NCBI RefSeq assembly: GCF_007991455.1 | Contig: NZ_BJYJ01000003.1 | Span: 148,715 to 212,714 of the forward strand | From: Chryseobacterium hagamense | GTDB lineage: Bacteria > Bacteroidota > Bacteroidia > Flavobacteriales > Weeksellaceae | Reading direction: 5' to 3' | Length of the DNA: 64,000 bases | Shown: piece by piece, positions 47,611 through 58,129 of the stretch | Numbering within the stretch: the first letter of the stretch is position 1 | How the letters are laid out: each line of letters begins with the position of its first letter | Translations under genes and position numbers: made by a program | The notes under the pieces: generated by a model | Seen by the model: the letters and a program-made list of their open reading frames with translations, nothing else | Told to the model about the DNA's origin: nothing | The model's database searches: none

Positions 47611-49503
47611 TTACTTAATGAAACTTCGGTAATCTTTGATCATCTTTACAAATCCTGACCGGTAGCCTTCCGGGTCTTTCCCGGTATTCTGTCTGGCCAG
47701 GCTTTCGATCTCGGAGAGGCTTTTTTTCCTGATTAATTTAGAATCCCTTAAAACCAGCCCGAACCAGGCAACGGAAGAGGCAAACTTAAAATCGGAAGTC
47801 ACCGCCGGAGTATCTGAATTTCTGATCGCCTGAACAATTTCCGCACTCTTTGATCCGTGTGGCGTCTTATACCTGAATTTCACGGTTCCCAGTTCATCAC
47901 CGGATCCTTTTGCCGCAGATGCTGTAGCATATTTAAGCTTATTTTGTTTCGGTAAAAACTCCGATTTGCTGCCGGCCGGAATAATTTCATACAAAGCCGT
48001 TACGGTATGGCCGCTGCCCAGTTCTCCCGCATCGATTTTATCATTTACAAAATCTTCATTTCTCAGTTTCCGGTTTTCGTAACCGATCAAACGGTACGAT
48101 TTCACATATTTCGGATTGAACTCGATCTGGACTTTAACATCTTTTGCAATGGTGTAAAGGTTTCCGGCGAATTCTTTTCCCAGGAATTTATTGGCCTCCT
48201 GCAGGTTATCGATATAGGCATAGTTTCCGTTTCCTTTATCGGCCAGCGTCTCCATCTTATTGTCTTTGTAATTTCCCATTCCGTAGCCCAGGCAGGTCAG
48301 GAACACCCCGGACTTACGCTTTTCTTCAATCAAACTTTCCAGATCACCTTTGGAAGATTCGCCCACGTTGAAATCGCCGTCAGTTGCCAAAATAACCCTG
48401 TTGTTCCCGCCTTTGATAAAGCTTTCCTGAGCCAGTTTGTAGGCCAGCTCGATCCCTGCTCCTCCGGCCGTGCTTCCTCCGGCACTCAGCTGATCCAATG
48501 CATCGGTTATCTTTCTTTTTTCGGCTGCTGAAGTCGGAGGCAGTACTACGCCGGCGCTTCCGGCATACACCACGATGGCCACTTTATCCGCCGACCTCAG
48601 CTGGTCCAGCAATATTTTTAAGGAAGACCGCAGCAACGGCAGCTTGTTTTCTTCTTCCATCGAACCCGAAGTATCGATCAGGAAAACGATGTTGGAAGGA
48701 GGCAGGCTATTCATCGGAATGTTCTTTCCTTTCAACCCGATTTTCAGCAGTTTATGGCCGGGATTCCACGGTGCAGTTCCAAGTTCCGTATTGATGGAAA
48801 AAGGCTGCATGTTTTTAGGCTGCGGATAATTGTATCTGAAATAATTGACCATTTCCTCGATCCTCACCGCGTCCTTCTCGACTTCCCCATCCTGAATCAT
48901 CCTTCTGACATTGGAATAGGAAGCATGGTCTACATCAATGGAAAAAGTGGACAGCGGCTGATTTTTAGTCAGTTCAAAAGGGTTTTCAGCCAGATGATCA
49001 TATTCTTCATCATTGTACTTTTCGTTTTTCCCTGAAGTGTTCTTTACAGTCTGATGATGGGATGCCGGACGATTGTAAGATGGTTTCCGATAAGAAGTAA
49101 CCACCGATTCCAATTCCATCGCCACCGCCATTTTCGGTTTCGGGCAGCCGTTGTATTCGGGCAGCCCGGGAACGGTCGGGCAGGCATCATCTTTATCAAG
49201 GATTCCGTCGCCATCGGTATCGGGCCAAGGACAGCCGTTGTTTTCTGCAGGGCCTGCTATGGCCGGACAGGCATCGTCTTTATCGAAAAGTCCGTCGCCG
49301 TCGGTATCCGGCCACGGACAGCCCTTGTTTTCTGCCGGTCCGGCGATTTCAGGACACTGATCGTTTTCGTTTCTGATGCCGTCCTGGTCCTTATCTTTTT
49401 TAAAGCTCCATTTTTGCAGCAATTTATCCTGATCCGGAACGGTTTTGGTTTTGCAGCCCTGCAGTATCATCAGTACCAAGAAGGCGATTACTGTTTTTTT
49501 CAT
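47611..49503 (-). CDS. vWA-domain protein (YfbK-like) with N-terminal thrombospondin type-3 / OmpA-like Ca-binding repeats
   Basis: Three DxDxDG-type repeats ([15 protein letters not shown] ...). vWA MIDAS motif [10 protein letters not shown]-terminal DUF3520-like region. Confidence 0.8.
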   Translation of the reverse strand: MKKTVIAFLVLMILQGCKTKTVPDQDKLLQKWSFKKDKDQDGIRNENDQCPEIAGPAENKGCPWPDTDGDGLFDKDDACPAIAGPAENNGCPWPDTDGDGILDKDDACPTVPGLPEYNGCPKPKMAVAMELESVVTSYRKPSYNRPASHHQTVKNTSGKNEKYNDEEYDHLAENPFELTKNQPLSTFSIDVDHASYSNVRRMIQDGEVEKDAVRIEEMVNYFRYNYPQPKNMQPFSINTELGTAPWNPGHKLLKIGLKGKNIPMNSLPPSNIVFLIDTSGSMEEENKLPLLRSSLKILLDQLRSADKVAIVVYAGSAGVVLPPTSAAEKRKITDALDQLSAGGSTAGGAGIELAYKLAQESFIKGGNNRVILATDGDFNVGESSKGDLESLIEEKRKSGVFLTCLGYGMGNYKDNKMETLADKGNGNYAYIDNLQEANKFLGKEFAGNLYTIAKDVKVQIEFNPKYVKSYRLIGYENRKLRNEDFVNDKIDAGELGSGHTVTALYEIIPAGSKSEFLPKQNKLKYATASAAKGSGDELGTVKFRYKTPHGSKSAEIVQAIRNSDTPAVTSDFKFASSVAWFGLVLRDSKLIRKKSLSEIESLARQNTGKDPEGYRSGFVKMIKDYRSFIK

Positions 49504-49709
49504 GTTTATTATTTTTGATGATTTTAAATTTCCTTTTAGATAGGATGTGAAAATCAGAAAAGGTTGCAGTGGAAGTTATTTATCTGGTCAAATCATTTAT
49601 TTCATCTCTTTAACTTTTGTATAAGACGTGGTGAGGAAAAAGAAACTTCCGGAGAAATTTCTTTTTCTGATGTATTGTGAATGGATATGAGTTCGGGATG
49701 ATACAAGCG

Positions 49710-50849
49710 CTACTTCAGGGGAAGTTTTTCCTGAAGCAGCTTCTTCAGCCTCCGCTTTTCTTTTTTTGAGATGTCTCTGGTTTCCACCAGGACAACACCA
49801 TTGACTGCTTTACTTCCGAAAAGTGCAGTGGCCTTCTGATCCTTAAAGACCTGTATGGATACAATTTTTTTAGGATCGATTTTTTTGAACACTTCCGAAT
49901 CGGTTTCCTTCCCGTCGACAATAAACAACGTACTCTTGTTTGATCTTACGGAACTCTGACAAGTGATCGAGATATCTACTTTACCCGAACCGGGTGTCTC
50001 TGAAATGGAATTGATATTTACTCCCGAGACTTTTCCCCGGATCATCACAGAGGCTTCCCTGCCTCCGATTCTGTTGGCCATCAGTTTGTTTCCGTCGCCT
50101 GAAGCAGAAGCCGTAAGATTGCTTCTGACCAGGCTGTTTTTGTTATAAGCTAAAATTTCAGGTTCCTGATTTTCATTTCTTAAAGATGGTGAACGGTCCG
50201 GATAGATCGCTTCCGCGGTATCGGCAATGGCAGTCAGATCAGACATTTTCTTTTTCGAAACAGAGGCTGCCGAAAGTTCCTGAACCATGGAAGCCTTCTC
50301 TTTCCTGATGCCCATGGCTATAATTTCTTCGGTATTTCTAAGGTCCGTCCTGTCTACGATTACTTGATCGTCCGGAACAGAGGCTGTTTCCCGAGGAAAG
50401 GCTTGATACAAAGGCATGACCGAAACAGGAACCATGATATGGGTACCGCGTGTTTCCGGAACTTTCCCGTAGGCTGTTTCCGGCGCCGGAGATTTCAGGA
50501 TCTCCTTCATGATATTTGCCTTTACGATGCTGTCGGTTTTGCGGACCGGCGCAGCCATTTTTGCAGGCTCTTCTTCCTTTTGAGACACGTTCTGGTATGC
50601 GATGGCCTTCTGAGGAGACCCTGTGCTGTCTTTTTTACTGGTGAAATAAAATACCCCGGAACCGATCAGCAGGCTGGCAGCAATCCCATACGGGATCCAT
50701 AAGCTGATGGTCTTTCTTTTTTTCTCCTCTTTTTTATCCAGCTTCTCCCCCACTTTAGCCCAGACCTTATCAAATCCCGGGAAAGTTGCAGGTTCCTCCA
50801 TAGTTTTGGAAGCCTCGTTGAATGTTTTATCTATATTGGTATTTTCCAT
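49710..50849 (-). CDS. Putative anti-sigma factor with a TonB-dependent-receptor plug-like C-terminal domain
   Basis: Immediately downstream of the ECF sigma. Single TM segment ISLWIPYGIAASLLIGSGVFYF. C-terminal SIQVFKDQKATALFGSKAVNGVVLVETR resembles the TBDR plug / SusC N-extension motif. Confidence 0.5.
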   Translation of the reverse strand: MENTNIDKTFNEASKTMEEPATFPGFDKVWAKVGEKLDKKEEKKRKTISLWIPYGIAASLLIGSGVFYFTSKKDSTGSPQKAIAYQNVSQKEEEPAKMAAPVRKTDSIVKANIMKEILKSPAPETAYGKVPETRGTHIMVPVSVMPLYQAFPRETASVPDDQVIVDRTDLRNTEEIIAMGIRKEKASMVQELSAASVSKKKMSDLTAIADTAEAIYPDRSPSLRNENQEPEILAYNKNSLVRSNLTASASGDGNKLMANRIGGREASVMIRGKVSGVNINSISETPGSGKVDISITCQSSVRSNKSTLFIVDGKETDSEVFKKIDPKKIVSIQVFKDQKATALFGSKAVNGVVLVETRDISKKEKRRLKKLLQEKLPLK

Positions 50850-50861
50850 TGTGTTTTAAAT

Positions 50862-51380
50862 TTAAATATTATGGCTGACCATCAGCTGCTGAAGTCGTTT
50901 TCTGGCAAAATTGAGCTGGGACTTGGAAGTGCCTTCGCTGATGGAAAGCATACTTGCAATTTCTTTATGGGGATATCCTTCGATGGCAAAAAGATTAAAA
51001 ATAGCCCGGCATCCTTCAGGCAGAAAGTTCAGCAGGCTCAGGATATCCTTTTCGAAAGACCCTTGTTCAGAAACGGAACCGGCTGAAAAAGCATGGTCTT
51101 CCTCCAGCGAAATATGAAGTTCTCTTGACGTACGCAGCTTCTGCAGGCATTCGTTCACTGCAATCTTTCGGGCCCAGGCTTCAAAGATATCCGGATTCTG
51201 CAGCTGGTTTATCCTGGTAAAAATTTTGTAGAAACTGTCTGCCATCGCCTCCTCGATATCTTCATCATTCTTCAGGTAGCGCCGGCATACCGCATACAGT
51301 TTCCCTGCCATCTTTTCATAGACTTTACGCTGGGCATTGCGGTCGTTCCGCTGGCATTCCAATAAGAGCTCTCGTTCCAT
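50862..51380 (-). CDS. ECF-type RNA polymerase sigma-70 factor
   Basis: Region 2 (YAVCRRYL, DIEEAMADSF) and a region-4 HTH (EGYPHKEIASMLSISEGTSKSQL). Confidence 0.85.
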   Translation of the reverse strand: MERELLLECQRNDRNAQRKVYEKMAGKLYAVCRRYLKNDEDIEEAMADSFYKIFTRINQLQNPDIFEAWARKIAVNECLQKLRTSRELHISLEEDHAFSAGSVSEQGSFEKDILSLLNFLPEGCRAIFNLFAIEGYPHKEIASMLSISEGTSKSQLNFARKRLQQLMVSHNI

Positions 51381-51707
51381 AATCAGGCTTTATATCTACA
51401 TAGATGCAGAAAGTTTCAAAAAGGTTGGAAACCGGTTAATTTTTTTTTAAAAATAGTTCAATCCGGTAAAGCCGGCAAATCCGGAGTTTCTTTTCATTCT
51501 GAGAAATTTAAGAAAGGGGATACCGAAACAAATCATTAAACAATTCATCAGTTTTTAAAATAAAACAGCACGCCTGCCCTGAGTCTCAGCCCATCCGGTT
51601 TCTGCCTGATGATCTTTTCATAAAAACGGGTTGATCGATTTAACCTTTCCTCCTGTAACAAATCTCAGGTAATAACGACTATTCGTATAAATAATCTTTT
51701 TATAGTA

Positions 51708-52910
51708 ATGAAAAAAGCCAAATTTGTATCATTACTTTTTGTTTTGTCTGCAGGAAGTATGATGTTTGCCCAGGATGATTTGATCAACAAGCTAAAAAAC
51801 AACCAGTCCCAGAACGCCAATTTTCAGTTTACCACCCTGAAAGACGTCGGAGCGACTTCGGTAAAGAACCAGGGTTCTTCCGGAACATGCTGGAGCTATT
51901 CCGGAAATTCTTTCCTGGAATCCGAAATGCAGAGGATGGGTAAAAAGCCGGTCGACCTGGCAGAAATTTTTACGGCAAGAAATTCTTACCATGACAAAGC
52001 AAAATTATACGTTCTGAACAACGGCGCCATCAGCTGGGGTGACGGCGGGGAACTTCATGATGTCATCAACATGTACAAAAAATACGGTGCGGTTCCTCAG
52101 GATGTCTATACCGGACTGAGACAGGGACAGACGCTGAACAATTTCTCTGAAATGCAGGGCAAACTGAAGCCCGTACTGGACAGCCTGGTTCAGGCAGGAT
52201 CGAAAGGAAAACTGACTGATAACTGGATGTCTTCCGTAGATGCCATTCTGGATGAGTATCTGGGAAAAGTTCCGGCCAATTTTACCTATGAAGGGAAATC
52301 GTACACGCCTCAGACTTTCGCAAAAGAAGTAGTAGGCATTAATGCCGATGATTATGTGGAACTTTCCTCTTATAAAGATTATCCGTATTACCAGAAATTC
52401 GTGGTTCCGATTCCTGATAACTGGAGCCATGACTCCGACTGGAACGTCCCGATGAAAGATCTTACGGCGATTATCGATTATGCTGTGACTAAAGGATATT
52501 CCGTAGGCTGGGCCACTGATGTTTCGGAACCGTATTTCTCTTATAAAAATGGTGTGGCGTATGTTCCGGATATGGACCTGGACCAGATCAACAAAGATAA
52601 TAAGGGAACATTATTCAACGAGCCGAAGAAAGACAAAACCATTACCGAAGATATGCGTCAGAAGGCTTTGAACAACCTTTCCACAACGGATGATCACGGC
52701 ATGCACATCGTAGGTCTTGCCAAGGATCAGTCGGGGAAAGAATATTATATGGTTAAAAATTCATGGGGTGTAACCAACGATTTCGAAGGCTACCTTTATG
52801 TAACAAGACCGTATGTGGAATACAAGTCAACCGCTATCCTGGTTCACAAAAATGCCCTTCCGAAAAGCATCAGCAAACAACTGAAGCCGACCAAAAATAT
52901 TGGTCTCTAA
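51708..52910 (+). CDS. pepC: C1-family cysteine peptidase (aminopeptidase C / bleomycin-hydrolase-like) with a signal peptide
   Basis: Active-site QGSSGTCWSYS and the catalytic His context HGMHIVG. N-terminal signal peptide. Confidence 0.8.
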   Translation: MKKAKFVSLLFVLSAGSMMFAQDDLINKLKNNQSQNANFQFTTLKDVGATSVKNQGSSGTCWSYSGNSFLESEMQRMGKKPVDLAEIFTARNSYHDKAKLYVLNNGAISWGDGGELHDVINMYKKYGAVPQDVYTGLRQGQTLNNFSEMQGKLKPVLDSLVQAGSKGKLTDNWMSSVDAILDEYLGKVPANFTYEGKSYTPQTFAKEVVGINADDYVELSSYKDYPYYQKFVVPIPDNWSHDSDWNVPMKDLTAIIDYAVTKGYSVGWATDVSEPYFSYKNGVAYVPDMDLDQINKDNKGTLFNEPKKDKTITEDMRQKALNNLSTTDDHGMHIVGLAKDQSGKEYYMVKNSWGVTNDFEGYLYVTRPYVEYKSTAILVHKNALPKSISKQLKPTKNIGL

Positions 52911-52961
52911 ATCGAATCGATTTTGTCATCCAATGGCAATTGCAGATATTTAATCTTGTTA

Positions 52962-52996
52962 AAAGCCGTTTTCAATTCTGAAGACGGCTTTTTGTA
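52962..52996 (+). terminator. Rho-independent terminator of pepC
   Basis: AAAGCCGTTTTC..GAAGACGGCTTT stem (one mismatch) followed by TTTTTGT. The IS element begins 20 bp after it. Confidence 0.6.
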
Positions 52997-53015
52997 TGTT
53001 ATCCGTCATCTCTGT

Positions 53016-54424
53016 TTAACCCAAATTACGCAATAGGAAAAAAAGTAGTATTTTGGGTTTTAGAAACCCAACTGCGTAGCAGTAGAAAATTTTGAGTTAT
53101 GAAATTCGAGTTATCCTTTACCAATAAAGAGATTACACCTTGGGGTGGAATGGTATTTTTAAAGCAAATGTTGGATAAAATTGAGTTTAAACAAGAAATT
53201 GAAAGATGTGAATCCTTACCTGTTTCACTTTCCAATAATTCGTATAAAAAAGAAGTTTTGCTTGAGTCATTTATCACGAGTATTTGGTGCGGAGCCAATC
53301 GTTTTTTACATACAGAAATTACTCGTTCAGATAAAGCATTAGGAGAAATATTTGGATGGGGTAAAACTCCTGCACAAGATGCTTATAAACGTTATTTTGG
53401 AAAATTTACCCCAAATATCAATCAGCAAGTTGGTCATCATTTTTTCAGTTGGTTTTTTAACAATCTAAATCTTAACTATTTTACGCTGGACATCGATTCT
53501 TCGGTTATTACCCGATACGGTGAGCAGGAAGGAGCAAAAAAAGGCTATAATCCCAAGAAAAAAGGAAGGAATAGCCATCATCCTATTATTGCATTTGTGA
53601 ACGATGTAAAGATGGTTGCTAATTTTTGGCTCAGAAGCGGAGACACTTCTTCCGCAAACAATTTTGTGGGATTTTTAGAGGAAACACTCTTGAATTTTGG
53701 AGATAAAAAAGTAGGATTAGTACGCTTGGATAGTGGCTTTTTTCAAAAAAGCATTATGGATTATCTTGAATTAAAACAACTCCAATACATCATTGCAGCA
53801 CGATTTACCCACCCCATTCAACACTTGATAGACCAACAAAGTCTGTGGATAAGAGTAGATGACGGCATTGAGATTTGCGATAAATTTCATCAAGCAAAAA
53901 ACTGGGAAAAACCAAGAAGAATCGTCATTGTAAGGCAAAAAATAGCACAACGCCCCAAATCATCAGGAAGAACATTGAGTCTTTTTCCTGAAGATGAACT
54001 CCATCGAAATTATCGTTATTCAGCCTATATCACCAATCAAGAACACTCGGCTACTGATGTTTGGAGAACGTACCGAAACAGAGGGGATGCTGAAAATAGA
54101 ATCAAGGAATTAAAGGCAGATTTTGGAGCAGAAAGTTTTAATCTCAAAGAGTTTTTTCCTACAGAGGCTGCTCTTATATTTTCGATGATTGCCTACAATT
54201 TAATGTCTGTTTTCAGATTATTTGTTCTTCAGGAAAAAACACAGAAAACTCTATCTACACTCAGATACAGAACCTTTGCCATTGGAGCTTATTTCGAAAA
54301 AGTAGGCGATACACTCAAACTAAAAATAGCACTCACAAAAAAACGAAGAAAATGGTTCGCTGGAATTTGGGATTACCCGATTGATTGGACTAAGAAAATT
54401 TCAACTGCGTAATTTGGGTTTAAT
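53016..54424 (+). mobile_element. Intact IS1380-family insertion sequence
   Basis: Terminal inverted repeats share a perfect 15-bp core AACCCAAATTACGCA (left about 53018-53032; right TGCGTAATTTGGGTT about 54406-54420). A single DDE transposase ORF fills the interior. Confidence 0.8.
53099..54412 (+). CDS. IS1380-family DDE transposase
   Basis: 437 aa. GGMVFL N-terminal motif, then DIDSSVITRYG, NSHHPI and WRTYRNRGDAENRIKELK, typical of IS1380 / ISEcp1-like transposases. Confidence 0.85.
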   Translation: MKFELSFTNKEITPWGGMVFLKQMLDKIEFKQEIERCESLPVSLSNNSYKKEVLLESFITSIWCGANRFLHTEITRSDKALGEIFGWGKTPAQDAYKRYFGKFTPNINQQVGHHFFSWFFNNLNLNYFTLDIDSSVITRYGEQEGAKKGYNPKKKGRNSHHPIIAFVNDVKMVANFWLRSGDTSSANNFVGFLEETLLNFGDKKVGLVRLDSGFFQKSIMDYLELKQLQYIIAARFTHPIQHLIDQQSLWIRVDDGIEICDKFHQAKNWEKPRRIVIVRQKIAQRPKSSGRTLSLFPEDELHRNYRYSAYITNQEHSATDVWRTYRNRGDAENRIKELKADFGAESFNLKEFFPTEAALIFSMIAYNLMSVFRLFVLQEKTQKTLSTLRYRTFAIGAYFEKVGDTLKLKIALTKKRRKWFAGIWDYPIDWTKKISTA

Positions 54425-55061
54425 CCTTTAACATCAATAACGTGAACTGGAAGAAGAACTTTGATTAACAGGTTGGAAGAAAGAAACTGGATGCCGAAAG
54501 TTTCTCCTGTCAAAAAAAGATGATAAGAGGTCTTGATGATGAAAGCAGATCTTTTGTCATTCTATTATCCGGAGTTCTTATTTAAATCCCTGATAGACAG
54601 CTGCAGTTTTATCTTTAACTAAACAGGCAACTGAATATAAATTAAATATAGCCGGATGTATGTTGTTTTAAAATTCCGAAGGAACGGTTTTCTACAGGAT
54701 AGGATAAAATCCCATCAGAAGATTGAAGCATTTATTCATTTATCAGGAGAAGTCCCATTTAAAATCCTGACTGAATCAGTCTTATATTTTTGGATTAATT
54801 AAAAATCCGAACATAAGTTGGATCCATTCCAATTCATGTTAAACAGGAAGGAGAACAGGTTTTATTAATACAAATTTAAAATTTATCCGGATTATGTACC
54901 ATATCTTCAAAAAATACTTATACATTCGCTTCATTAGATAATCAGGTGAAAAATAGCGGAGATCCGGAATTCGGATCAATTTCTGATGCCAATCATCATC
55001 GCGACGGTAAATAACCTTAAGATTAATAAGAGGAAAAAAGTCTTTAAAATACAAATGTGTT

Positions 55062-55505
55062 ATGAAAAATTATAAAAATATTCATCTGGGCAAGCTTATC
55101 AAAGCCCGGGTACAAGAAAAGGAAATGAACGTGCGGAAAGTCTGCCGTTCTATGAAAATTACAGAGGAACAGCTGTACGAAATCTATGAATCTAAAAGTC
55201 TCGATTCCGAACAGATCCTGAGCTGGAGCAAGCTGCTGAACTATGATTTTTTCAGGATCTACAGCCAGCATCTGATCCTCTACTCACCTCCGGCATCAGA
55301 CAAAACGGATGAAAACACAAAAGAAGAAAAATCGTCACTGCCGCAGTTCCGTAAAAATATTTACACCACAGAAATCATTGATTTTATCCTTGAAATGATA
55401 AAAAAAGGTAAAAAAACCAAGCGGGAAGTGATCGAGGAATACGGTATTCCCAAAACCACTCTGTATAAATGGCTGAGTGATATCAATAAAACCAAAAACT
55501 CTTAA
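55062..55505 (+). CDS. Small HTH DNA-binding protein (hypothetical)
   Basis: Two HTH-like segments (NVRKVCRSMKITEEQLYEIY ; REVIEEYGIPKTTLYKWLS). There is no adjacent OrfB, so it is probably not an IS3 orfA. Confidence 0.45.
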   Translation: MKNYKNIHLGKLIKARVQEKEMNVRKVCRSMKITEEQLYEIYESKSLDSEQILSWSKLLNYDFFRIYSQHLILYSPPASDKTDENTKEEKSSLPQFRKNIYTTEIIDFILEMIKKGKKTKREVIEEYGIPKTTLYKWLSDINKTKNS

Positions 55506-55787
55506 TTCCGAAGGATAGCAGCAAAGGCTCCGGATACGAGCCAGGAGAAAGTTCGGAACCAAGTCTTCAAAATCCATATTTAATGGTTTATTTTTTCTGT
55601 AGGTCCATGGGATAATATCTTTACGACTTACCAAGATAAAGACTTTTAAAAAATGTAAGGAGGTTAAAAAGACCTGAATTGCAAAGGAGCAGCAGGAATG
55701 TCTTATGGATAGAAAAAATGCGATGACCCGACAGAAATAGAACCCCGGCTACCTGAAAACACAGCTCTTCCGCCACCGGATGCCCGG

Positions 55788-55826
55788 ATTAAAAAACCGC
55801 TTCAGAAAAATTTCCGAAGCGGTTTG
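55788..55826 (-). terminator. Rho-independent terminator downstream of the OYE gene
   Basis: 9-bp stem AACCGCTTC / GAAGCGGTT followed by TTTTTT when read on the minus strand. Confidence 0.5.
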
Positions 55827-55948
55827 GTTTAAATAATTGATAGGTAAAATATATGAATGGTGCATGGTCAATCCGCTGTGCTAGTCAATTGGTTTTGCAC
55901 AGAACAATTCACCATTGATTTGCGAAAGCAAATTTTGCCATTTACCTT

Positions 55949-57010
55949 TTAGTACAGAACGGCCATGCTTTCCGGTTTGAAATCCTGAAGCTCTTCCGTT
56001 TTTCCTTCTTTGATTTTCTGTACCCAGTGCGGGTCCTGCAATAGGGCACGGCCTACGGCAACGAGATCGAAATCTCCCCGCTCCAGCCTTTCGGTCAGTT
56101 CGGATAAATCGGTTTTTCCGGTTCCCTGTCCGGCAAAAGCAGCCATGAAATCGCCTTCCAATCCTACGGATCCTACCGTGATGGTCGGTTGTCCGGTAAT
56201 TTTTTTAGCCCAGCCTGCAAAATTCAGATCGGAACCTTCAAATTCAGCTTCCCAGAATCTTCGCTGTGAACAGTGGAAAATATCGACACCTGCTTCTTTC
56301 AGCGGCATCAGCCATTCTTCCATTTCTTCCGGGGTCTTAGCCAGCTTCGCGGAATAATCCTGCTGCTTCCACTGGGAAAGGCGGATGATGATCGTGAAAT
56401 CTTCTCCTACGGCAGCCCTGATGGCTTTAACGATATCTATGGCAAACCGGCTCCTTTCTTTCAGCGTTTTTCCTCCATACTCGTCGGTTCTGGTATTGGT
56501 TACTTCCCAGAAAAACTGATCGATCAGATAGCCGTGGGCACCATGGATTTCCAGTACGTCAAAACCTAAGTCTTTAGCCGATTTTGCCGAAGCGGCAAAC
56601 TGGGCAATCGTATCCTGGATATCCTCAAGGGTCATTGTCGATGCTTTTTCCATCGGAACCTCCGGATAATCGTCTGAACTGCGGGTATCACCGACGTGCC
56701 AGATCTGAGGTCCCATTTTTCCACCGTTATCATGGACGGCATTGATTACGTTTTGCCAGCCCTTCAAAGCTTCGGTTCCGTAAAAATCGGGGATATTCTG
56801 CATGTTTTTGGAGGCGGGCCTGTCGATCACCGTTCCTTCAGAAATAATCAATCCGACTTCCGCTTCGGCTCTCCGTGCGTAATAGTCTGCAATCTGTTTT
56901 GTGGGAACTCCGTTATCGGATTGAGCTCTCGTCATCGGGGCCATCACGATTCTGTTTTTCAGTTCTAAATTCTTATACTTAAAAGGCTTAAACAATGCGT
57001 CTGTGCTCAT
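55949..57010 (-). CDS. Old Yellow Enzyme family NADH:flavin oxidoreductase / alkene reductase
   Basis: NRIVMAPMTR, HGAHGYL and RFWEAEFEGSD-type OYE motifs. 353 aa. Confidence 0.85.
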   Translation of the reverse strand: MSTDALFKPFKYKNLELKNRIVMAPMTRAQSDNGVPTKQIADYYARRAEAEVGLIISEGTVIDRPASKNMQNIPDFYGTEALKGWQNVINAVHDNGGKMGPQIWHVGDTRSSDDYPEVPMEKASTMTLEDIQDTIAQFAASAKSAKDLGFDVLEIHGAHGYLIDQFFWEVTNTRTDEYGGKTLKERSRFAIDIVKAIRAAVGEDFTIIIRLSQWKQQDYSAKLAKTPEEMEEWLMPLKEAGVDIFHCSQRRFWEAEFEGSDLNFAGWAKKITGQPTITVGSVGLEGDFMAAFAGQGTGKTDLSELTERLERGDFDLVAVGRALLQDPHWVQKIKEGKTEELQDFKPESMAVLY

Positions 57011-57224
57011 TTTTTAATATCTATTTTATAATTGTTACACAAAGTAACTAATAATAGTTCAAATTTGTATCCTTGTAGAAAAAAAAGTAGTAACTTCGCG
57101 GTAACTGATATTGGTAACGCGGAGGTAACTCAGGGAGTCGCGAAAGGTAAAAGTTGAGAAAAAGGCTTTCCTCCGCCGCGCTCAGGATGAACCGGGTTCA
57201 GCCTGACAATAAGATAAATGCACG

Positions 57225-57475
57225 TATAAAAATGCGCTGTGGGCTTTTATAAATGAAATGTCTTTGTGAAACTTAAAAGCACTTAGTAGTTAAAAAAAGC
57301 TTTGTGGACTTTGTGTTCCAAGGAGCTTAAGCAATAAACAGGGCTTTCCTTCGTCAGGCCCAGGTATGAAAATATGCTGTGGGCTTTTATAAATGAAATG
57401 CCTTCGTGAAACTTAAAAGCACTCAGTAGTTAAAAAAATCTTCGCGGGCTTTGTGTTCATAAAAGCATATCAGCC
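57225..57475 (-). repeat. Inverted array (about 1.5 units) of the ~175-bp repeat family
   Basis: Reverse complement of the units at 20632-20985 and 21425-21640 (…aaaatgcgctgtgggcttttataaatgaaatg(c/t)ctt(c/t)gtgaaacttaaaagcac…). Lies between the divergent OYE and hxlR promoters. Confidence 0.7.
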
Positions 57476-57496
57476 AAAAATTATAAACAAACTGTC

Positions 57497-57886
57497 ATGA
57501 AAAAGAACGAATTAATGCAGTACAGCTGCCCTTTAGGCAAGGCCATGTCGGCTTTGGGAAGCAAATGGAAACCGATCATCGTACTGGTCATCAAAGACCG
57601 CAAACTGCGTTTCGGGGAATTGGCCGTACGCATCCATGTGATTTCCAGGAAAGTCCTTACCGACCAGCTGCGGGAAATGCAAACCGACGGACTCGTCATC
57701 CGGGAAGAGTTTAAGGAACTTCCGCCAAGGGTGGAATATTCCCTGACTGAAAAAGGGCTGGCCCTGCTCCCGATCCTCCACCTGCTGGAAGAGTGGGAAA
57801 TGAAATACCATGTGTATGATCCTGAGAAAGTGAAGGATTGTAAGATGATTCTGGAAGGGAAAAAGATACAAAAGACTATTGTTTAA
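57497..57886 (+). CDS. HxlR-family winged-helix transcriptional regulator
   Basis: CPLGKAMSALGSKWKPIIV...RFGEL...ISRKVLTDQLREMQTDGLV is the canonical HxlR sequence. Confidence 0.85.
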   Translation: MKKNELMQYSCPLGKAMSALGSKWKPIIVLVIKDRKLRFGELAVRIHVISRKVLTDQLREMQTDGLVIREEFKELPPRVEYSLTEKGLALLPILHLLEEWEMKYHVYDPEKVKDCKMILEGKKIQKTIV

Positions 57887-58129
57887 AAATGAGCTAAAAC
57901 TTATTTAAATTTGGAGTCTATTTTTTACCATTAAGGCATTAAGATATTTTAACTTAGAAACATTAGCTGCCTAATATTGTATTATTCAATCCACTGAGAT
58001 TGAGCAAAAGATTCCATAGTGTTAAAAGTTAAAAATAAACAAAGTTTATTTTAATTCAGAAAATTAAGGTGAAGAAAAATTACAGAAAATTTCTGAATCA
58101 AAATTTATACAGGTTCTTAAAAGGAGGAG

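Noticed and set aside
53026-53298. 90-aa minus-strand ORF overlapping the left end of the IS1380 element
   Set aside because: Overlaps the inverted repeat and the transposase start. Antisense artefact.
55062-55505. HTH protein as IS3-family OrfA of a second insertion sequence
   Set aside because: No OrfB/DDE partner, no flanking inverted repeats, and no frameshift window.
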